Source: an uncultured delta proteobacterium
Lineage (GTDB): Bacteria > Desulfobacterota > Syntrophia > Syntrophales > UBA2185
Reading direction: 5' to 3'
Length of the DNA: 64,000 nucleotides
Assembly (NCBI GenBank): GCA_963729715.1
Contig: CAVSPA010000006.1
Span: forward strand, 224,001 to 288,000
Part shown: positions 58,299 through 64,000 of the stretch, in pieces
Position numbering within the stretch: the stretch's first letter is position 1
How the letters are laid out: the number at the start of each line of letters is the position of its first letter
Program-made: the position numbers and the translations under genes
Notes under the pieces: model-generated
Seen by the model: only the letters and a program-made list of their open reading frames with translations
The model's database searches: none
What the model was told of the DNA's origin: nothing

Positions 58299-58703
58299 AT
58301 GATAGAGTCGGTCAGTCACATTACATTCATAGTCAAGGATGTTGAAAAGATGGCCCATTTCCTTAGCACGATTTTTGAGGCAGAGGAGGTTTATGACAGT
58401 GCCGGTAAGACCTTTTCAATCTCCTATGAAAAGTTCTTCATCATCGGGGGCACTTGGATAGCAATTATGGAAGGTGAGCCACTATCAGAACGTTCTTATA
58501 ACCGTGTTGCATTTAAGGTGTCTGACTCTGAATTTGATGAATACGTATCAAGGATAAAGCAACTTGGCCTGGAAGTGAAATCCGGGCGTGATCGTGTTGA
58601 AGGTGAGTCTCGGTCTATATACTTTTATGACTACGATAACCATCTCTTTGAGTTGCACACCGGAACACTTCAAAATAGATTGTTGAGATATTCCCAAGGG
58701 TAA
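58299..58703 (+). CDS. fosX: FosX-family fosfomycin hydrolase (VOC fold), His69 replaced by Arg
   Basis: SHITFIV, VYDS...FS...EKFF, WIAIMEG, SIYFYDYDNHLFELHTGTL. Confidence 0.88.
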   Translation: MIESVSHITFIVKDVEKMAHFLSTIFEAEEVYDSAGKTFSISYEKFFIIGGTWIAIMEGEPLSERSYNRVAFKVSDSEFDEYVSRIKQLGLEVKSGRDRVEGESRSIYFYDYDNHLFELHTGTLQNRLLRYSQG

Positions 58704-58792
58704 AGCTCTAAGCAGCTAATCCGCCGGTGATCAACGCGTTAGAGCCACTCAACAAACAGTAATTTTGTTCATCGCTCTTCAGAAGGGAGAAT

Positions 58793-59215
58793 ATGGAGAT
58801 CTTCAATAAAAGCAAGTCGCGAAATACCGGCAAATTAGAAATCCTCACTTCGCATATGCTAATTAGCCCGCAGAACTCATCAACCAAGAATCTGTCTATC
58901 CAAATTTCCACGATACCCAAAGGATCTGAGCAGCCAATTCATGCGCATGATCCGGAGCAGTGTTACTATATAATCAAGGGAAGAGGTCTCATGATTATTG
59001 AAGACGACACCGGGGAAGTGACGTCAGGAGATGCAATTTATATCCCCTCAAATAAAAAGCATGGGATCAAAAACACCGGAGATATGGCTTTAGAGTATTT
59101 AACAGCAAACTCACCGGTCTTCAGCAAAGATTACGAAGACTCTCTTTGGCCGGCAGATAGTTGTACGAGTTGGAAATTTAAAGCACAACACAAATCGAAC
59201 CCGAAGATTCTATGA
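58793..59215 (+). CDS. Cupin domain protein
   Basis: HAHDPEQCYYI..G.G, GDAIYIP...HGIKN. Confidence 0.88.
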   Translation: MEIFNKSKSRNTGKLEILTSHMLISPQNSSTKNLSIQISTIPKGSEQPIHAHDPEQCYYIIKGRGLMIIEDDTGEVTSGDAIYIPSNKKHGIKNTGDMALEYLTANSPVFSKDYEDSLWPADSCTSWKFKAQHKSNPKIL

Positions 59216-60051
59216 TCGAGAATCATTCCACAGGTAAATTCATCTCCATAGACAACCTGCAGCTACATTATCTTGAGTGGGGGAATAGGCACGCTCAGAC
59301 CATGGTTCTACTTCACGGTATCGGCGACAATGCCCACATCTGGGACCACTTTGCACGGAATGCCGCTCATCACCTGAGAATTATTGCCCTGGATCAGAGA
59401 GGCCACGGTCTCAGCGACTGGGCTGTTCCACCGGCATATCGCTGTGAGGATTACGTAGCCGATTTGGACAAAGTAATCCAAGGTCTTCAGCTAACAGGGA
59501 TAATCCTGATGGGGCACTCGATGGGAGCCTTGCATGCAACCCGCTACGCTTCCTTGCGACCCGAAAACGTGTCCGCTCTCATTCATGCCGATATTGAACC
59601 ATGTCCGCCCGAGTGGAATAAGAAATATCTTCTCAACCTCTATGAAGAACAACCTGCCTTTTACGAAACGGTTGATCAATATGTCAGCGAGATCCGGAAG
59701 AACAGCCCCTATGCCGAACAGAAAATGCTTTACGATATTGCCTCACATGCTCTTGTGCAGGGAAAAGACGGCAAGTTCCGTTGCCGGTTTGATCGAGAGG
59801 CCCTCTCTCATTTTGATAATTATGATTTGCGACCCTACCTCCGGGATATACAATGCTCCTCTCTTGTCATCCGCGGTAAAGAAAGCCGGGTGATGAGCGC
59901 GCAGATTGCGAGAGAAATAAGTCATACGATCCGCCAGTGTACTTTTGCAGAAATAGAGAAAGCTGCCCACCCTGTCCTCACCGATAATCCAACTGAATTA
60001 TTGCGGGTAATAACCAATTTTTTAGGTGAACGGTTCATTCGAGATCAATAA
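59212..60051 (+). CDS. Alpha/beta hydrolase
   Basis: LLHG, DQRGHGLS, GHSMG nucleophile elbow, AAHP. Confidence 0.92.
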   Translation: MIENHSTGKFISIDNLQLHYLEWGNRHAQTMVLLHGIGDNAHIWDHFARNAAHHLRIIALDQRGHGLSDWAVPPAYRCEDYVADLDKVIQGLQLTGIILMGHSMGALHATRYASLRPENVSALIHADIEPCPPEWNKKYLLNLYEEQPAFYETVDQYVSEIRKNSPYAEQKMLYDIASHALVQGKDGKFRCRFDREALSHFDNYDLRPYLRDIQCSSLVIRGKESRVMSAQIAREISHTIRQCTFAEIEKAAHPVLTDNPTELLRVITNFLGERFIRDQ

Positions 60052-60097
60052 TTACGACGCGCTTAGTTCTTCCCGTAGGTCACAATCCGGCAAACCC

Positions 60098-60150
60098 CCA
60101 TGTCTCGCCCGATAAGAACATTCGGGGACAGGCTCCGGCAGGAATCCAGT
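60098..60150. repeat. Composite REP/MITE-like element
   Basis: CCCGA-taagaacat-TCGGG hairpin followed by GGCAGGAATCCAG. Confidence 0.55.
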
Positions 60151-60290
60151 ATACTCCCGGGCTTTCAGTTTTCGGTTTGGTCGGCTGAGTCGTAGAAGAG
60201 CCGTCCGTCTCGACTGCAACGCTTTTGTTTTCATGACGCTCTTGTGATGAAAAGATGACGGTTATATTTTTGTTTAAGGATGTATGCCCG

Positions 60291-61067
60291 TCAGATGCCG
60301 GCATACCACTCGTATCCATGATCTTCCCAGTAACCCCCTTTTCCCCCGGCTATCCTGGAAAGATCTTCGACGATTTCGAGGCGCATGACATACTTCGCCA
60401 TTTTGTAGCCGAGCTGCCGCTCCAATCGCAAGCGCAGCGGTGCGCCGTTCTGGATTGGCAACGGTCTGCCATTCAGTTCATAAGCGAGTAGCGTCTGCGG
60501 GTGAAAAGCGTCTTCCATGTCGATGCTCTCGTAATAGGGGGAGTTGCCGTCTTCTTCCATCGGGTCTGCGCAGTAGAAGACGACATAACGAGCATTGGGC
60601 TTCAGATGTACTGATTCGAGCAGCGCACTGAGGCGTGCCCCTTTCCACATGCCTATCGCGCTCCACCCCTCAACGCAATCATGGCGCGTTATCTGGGTGC
60701 GACTGGGAAGCTTTCGCAGGTCGGCAAGCGAAAAAGTCATGGGCCGTTCAACTAGACCGCCTACCGAGAGGCGATAGTCCTTAAATCCTCTGTCCGCCAT
60801 GGCCGCGTATGCTGGATTATCCGGTATCGATGTCCCGTTGCTGCGGAATTGCGGTGACAGATCGGCTTCTGTGAATTCCTGCGCCATCGCTTTGCGCGGC
60901 AGGATCATCCTTTGAACTCTATATGTAGCCTTTTCGCCGAGACCCAACACCTTGGGGAACCAGGTGGTTTCCGAAAGTTTTTCGCAGCCGCTAAGCGCTA
61001 TGAGGCTTGCGCCGGCAAGAAGGCGCGTCATGAGACTGCGCCGTGTGAGCTTGTTATCATTACTCAT
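60291..61067 (-). CDS. Tat-exported sulfite-oxidase-family molybdoenzyme (MsrP/YedY-like)
   Basis: TRRSL, LSGC, RHDCVEGWS, HPQTLLAY.LNG..L...NGAPLRL, GYKMAK, GYWED.GY. Confidence 0.9.
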   Translation of the reverse strand: MSNDNKLTRRSLMTRLLAGASLIALSGCEKLSETTWFPKVLGLGEKATYRVQRMILPRKAMAQEFTEADLSPQFRSNGTSIPDNPAYAAMADRGFKDYRLSVGGLVERPMTFSLADLRKLPSRTQITRHDCVEGWSAIGMWKGARLSALLESVHLKPNARYVVFYCADPMEEDGNSPYYESIDMEDAFHPQTLLAYELNGRPLPIQNGAPLRLRLERQLGYKMAKYVMRLEIVEDLSRIAGGKGGYWEDHGYEWYAGI

Positions 61068-62085
61068 GATCCGCCTCCGATTTGACCATGTAGTATCCCG
61101 TAATCATCGAGCGGACATTATTCCAGAAGCCAGTGATGATTACCATAAACACGTGAATGAACAAGAACAGCACCAGCGCCCAGGCGACAATGAAATGGAT
61201 CGTCCTTATGGATTGCCGGCCGGAAAAGATATCAACCCAGCCGGAGGATAATGCGTTCATTGCCGGCGACATGCCGAGCCCCATCATGATCATCAGGGGG
61301 AGAAGAAAAAAGATCACCGCCAAATAGGCGCATTTCTGCAGCACGTTGTAGTTCTTGGCCGCCTCGCCTCTCGGATGTCGAAAGAGAAGGTGATCGATAA
61401 GCGTTCTGCCTATCGAACGCCAATCCTGCCTCGTGGGAACAAGGTCACGGTGCAAATGCCTGCTCACAATGGAGTAAGTCAGAAAGGCGATGCCGTTTAT
61501 CACGAACAGCCAGGCGATAGAAAAGTGCCAGCGCCGTGCCATGGAAAGCCAGCGATTATCGGGTATGGTAAGCCAGGAGGGAAAGCTGCGCTCGGTCAAT
61601 TCTCCCTCCGAGTTCCTGGAGGCGCCGAGGAATCCGGTCGTATTGAATTCATGGCCTAAGATGCGGGTGACGCCGCGGGAGATGTCTCCTTCATCGTCTT
61701 CTACGCCCCGCAGCTCCAATACGGGGGGAGCGCCGTTGTAAGACTGCTTGCCCCAGTAGAGGGCAGGATGCGCGTCGAAAATATTGAGACCGCTCATCAG
61801 GAGTGCGGCAAGCAAGACGACATTGCTCCAGTGCATAATGCGGACAGGCAACGAATGCCTGTAATACGGATATCCACTCGAAATGGCGCGGCACAAGTTT
61901 TTCCATAATGTCCTTAGCCAACCACTCACGAGGTGTGCGGCGCGCAACACGGCATTGTGCAAGTGTATGATGAGCACGGACAACGAACGCCGGCAATACG
62001 AAAATCCACTCGAAGCAGTGCGACTAACTTTTTCAATTATTTTTCTCAGCCGGCCGTATACTGTTTCGTTTATTCGTCCCGCCAT
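61060..62085 (-). CDS. Cytochrome b/b6 (Ni_hydr_CYTB-like) membrane partner with duplicated N-terminus
   Basis: RIMHWSN, RRWHF, YNVLQK, RTIHF..W...HVFM. Confidence 0.88.
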   Translation of the reverse strand: MAGRINETVYGRLRKIIEKVSRTASSGFSYCRRSLSVLIIHLHNAVLRAAHLVSGWLRTLWKNLCRAISSGYPYYRHSLPVRIMHWSNVVLLAALLMSGLNIFDAHPALYWGKQSYNGAPPVLELRGVEDDEGDISRGVTRILGHEFNTTGFLGASRNSEGELTERSFPSWLTIPDNRWLSMARRWHFSIAWLFVINGIAFLTYSIVSRHLHRDLVPTRQDWRSIGRTLIDHLLFRHPRGEAAKNYNVLQKCAYLAVIFFLLPLMIMMGLGMSPAMNALSSGWVDIFSGRQSIRTIHFIVAWALVLFLFIHVFMVIITGFWNNVRSMITGYYMVKSEADHE

Positions 62086-62418
62086 GGTGTATCGCTTTCA
62101 GGATCCCGTAGGAGATTCTTATACGATATTTCTTATTGACGATCTAATTTTAAGACAAGAGTATCTGTTTTGCCAGAACTTTGTGGCCCGTCAAAGAAAG
62201 TCTTATTTTTGTTGCGTATAGCACCTACTATGCTTCTACCCTCATCGAAGAAATAGGAGGATTACGAATCAAGTTAAATAATCTGACACTACCTTACCGA
62301 TTATGAGTTAAAATGCAGAGCATTTGCCAAGAATAGCAATTTGTGGAGGAAGGACTCTCGCCAATCCACTATTCACTGATTACCTAGTTAAGGCATAAAC
62401 GAAGGGGGAGAATATATT

Positions 62419-62446
62419 TTGACAATCAGCGGATGGTCGTTAAATT
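62419..62446 (+). promoter_or_regulatory. Sigma70-type promoter of msrAB
   Basis: TTGACA, 16 nt spacer, TAAATT; AAGGAGG SD before ATG 62480. Confidence 0.55.
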
Positions 62447-62479
62447 AAGTGCATATTATTCAGATTTAAGGAGGATAAA

Positions 62480-63571
62480 ATGAAGAATCTCCTTTTAAGT
62501 TTGATATCACTTATATTTGTAATGGGATGTCAGAGTTCAGACGGAGACCGACGGGAGGCAAAAAGCCAAATGAAAGAAATGAGTGCGACAAAGCAAATAG
62601 CCACATTCGCCGGCGGCTGTTTCTGGTGTGTAGAGTCTGATTTCGAAAAAGTTCCTGGTGTTGAGAAGGTAATATCCGGCTATACAGACGGAACCGGGGA
62701 GAATCCGACCTATGAAACATATAGCAGGAAGGGATATGTAGAAGCTGTCCAGGTTTATTTCGAGCCCTCGAAAGTGACCTATGAACAACTGCTCGATTAC
62801 TTCTGGAAACATATCGATCCCACGGACCCGGGAGGACAATTTGTCGACCGTGGTCCTCAATACAGAAGCGCGATATTCTATCACGACGAAGAGCAAAAGC
62901 GGCTGGCGGAAAAATCAAAGGCGGAATTAGGTAAATCTGGGCGGTTTTCCAAGCCGATCGTGACGGAAATCATCAAATCCAACAAATTTTTTGATGCGGA
63001 GGAATATCATCAGGATTACTACAAGAAAAATCCTCTAAGATATAAATACTACAGACAAGGATCGGGACGTGATCAGTTTCTGAAGAAAGTGTGGGGAGAA
63101 GAAAATGCCGGCATCAAACCCGCCGGAGCTCAAGAATACAAAAAACCTGATGACATAACATTGAAGAAGCTATTGACCCCCATGCAATACAAAGTAACGC
63201 AGCACAAAGGCACAGAACCAGCCTTCTACAATGAATACTGGGACAATAAAAGAGAGGGCATCTATGTGGATGTAGTTTCAGGTGAACCCCTTTTCAGCTC
63301 GCTCGACAAATTTAATTCTGGAACAGGCTGGCCGAGCTTCACAAAGCCCCTCGAACCGGGAGACGTTGTCGAACTGGGAAGGCCCACTTACGCTGGTACG
63401 GAGGTACGGAGTAGGTACGCCGACTCACACCTCGGGCATGTCTTCCTCGATGGGCCGGAGCCGACCGGACTTAGATATTGCATGAACTCGGCCGCTATGA
63501 GATTCATCCCCAAGGAGGACTTGGAAAAAGAAGGTTATGGCAAGTATTTAAAATTATTTAGCCAGAAGTAA
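62480..63571 (+). CDS. msrAB: Lipoprotein peptide-methionine sulfoxide reductase MsrA/MsrB fusion
   Basis: VMGC lipobox; [35 protein letters not shown]. Confidence 0.95.
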   Translation: MKNLLLSLISLIFVMGCQSSDGDRREAKSQMKEMSATKQIATFAGGCFWCVESDFEKVPGVEKVISGYTDGTGENPTYETYSRKGYVEAVQVYFEPSKVTYEQLLDYFWKHIDPTDPGGQFVDRGPQYRSAIFYHDEEQKRLAEKSKAELGKSGRFSKPIVTEIIKSNKFFDAEEYHQDYYKKNPLRYKYYRQGSGRDQFLKKVWGEENAGIKPAGAQEYKKPDDITLKKLLTPMQYKVTQHKGTEPAFYNEYWDNKREGIYVDVVSGEPLFSSLDKFNSGTGWPSFTKPLEPGDVVELGRPTYAGTEVRSRYADSHLGHVFLDGPEPTGLRYCMNSAAMRFIPKEDLEKEGYGKYLKLFSQK

Positions 63572-63718
63572 TATCAAATCGTGAGTGGTTAACCGCGATG
63601 GTCAACCCCTCATTTTTGGAGGCTGATTTGCAGAAGCCAACAAGAAGGACAAGAAGCAAGAATGAGAACATTGATAAATGAGAATTTGACTCCGCATCAA
63701 GAATACGGATGCTTTTAA

Positions 63719-64000
63719 CTATTGAACTGTTCCTATGTAAGTACCGGCCTTCTTTAAGGCAATTTCCATTTCTTGAATTGTAATTATTGCCGGATCATAA
63801 TAAACAGTGGTTATCTCCTTAAAGTAGCGAAAGCCTTTTTCAACTCTCTTCACTCCCTTCAGCCCTTCCAGGGCCTCCTTGCCAACGTCAAATCATTTAA
63901 CATAAAAGGTCGCCTCGGATGTTACAGCATCTTTTGCGAGAGAACCCCCATAACCTGAAAAGAGAAACATCATGAAAACAAAAAGAGTCAAAGACTGAGT
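63719..64000 (-). CDS. Putative exported HMA/ferredoxin-like-fold selenoprotein (5' end outside window; in-frame TGA at 63895-63893)
   Basis: Manual translation: TQSLTLFVFMMFLFSGYGGSLAKDAVTSEATFYVK-U-FDVGKEALEGLKGVKRVEKGFRYFKEITTVYYDPAIITIQEMEIALKKAGTYIGTVQ*; SECIS-like hairpin downstream. Confidence 0.75.
63861..63875 (-). promoter_or_regulatory. Candidate bacterial SECIS element
   Basis: GGCCCU-GGA-AGGGCU hairpin whose G-starting loop lies 23 nt after the UGA. Confidence 0.6.

Noticed and set aside
60052..60319. Short minus-strand ORFs containing WIPAGACPRMFLSG
   Set aside because: Translation of the REP-like element

Overview
A 64-kb bacterial chromosomal segment. Gene content (HdrA/MvhD/Fdh, AhbB, tungsten AOR, the dnaG-rpoD-tRNA-Ile2-zinc ribbon-RNase H-rnpB synteny) suggests an anaerobic deltaproteobacterium, probably Syntrophales-like; this is an inference. 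1-19 kb is mostly housekeeping: hisB, hisA, HIT, yqeY, dnaG, rpoD, tRNA-Ile(CAT), RNase HI, RNase P RNA, SpoIID, pyrF, hemL, ahbB, a GGQ release-factor-like protein, a DRG-type GTPase, RNase Z and a NusG paralogue. 20-24 kb holds a small FeeM-like acyltransferase/ThiF/MFS cluster and a Tat-signal rubredoxin. 24.5-38.6 kb is the most striking locus: a ModE-like regulator facing a 12-gene redox cluster. It encodes a P460-family cytochrome, a Tat Fe-S subunit with a tungsten aldehyde:ferredoxin oxidoreductase, NapG, two HdrA-like proteins, MvhD, an FdhB-like protein, FdhA, an HdrC-like protein, an AorA-NapH fusion and a degenerate second AOR. Together these look like a trans-membrane aldehyde-to-formate/CO2 electron-bifurcating system. 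38.7-64 kb is accessory: envelope proteins, an IS200 inserted at a start codon, sigma28- and sigma54-driven low-complexity proteins, tartrate/D-malate dehydrogenase, a multi-PAS hybrid kinase, SWIB, an mreB paralogue, an RlmL-like methylase, a deleted IS1182 inside a REP, fosX with a lost metal ligand, an MsrP-like/cytochrome b pair and msrAB. Two things the ORF track does not reveal: an HMA-like selenoprotein candidate (in-frame TGA plus SECIS-like hairpin) at the right edge, and selective decay of region 4.2 (the -35 recognition HTH) of RpoD. No CRISPR array or rRNA was seen. All family assignments come from motif recognition; no database searches were run.
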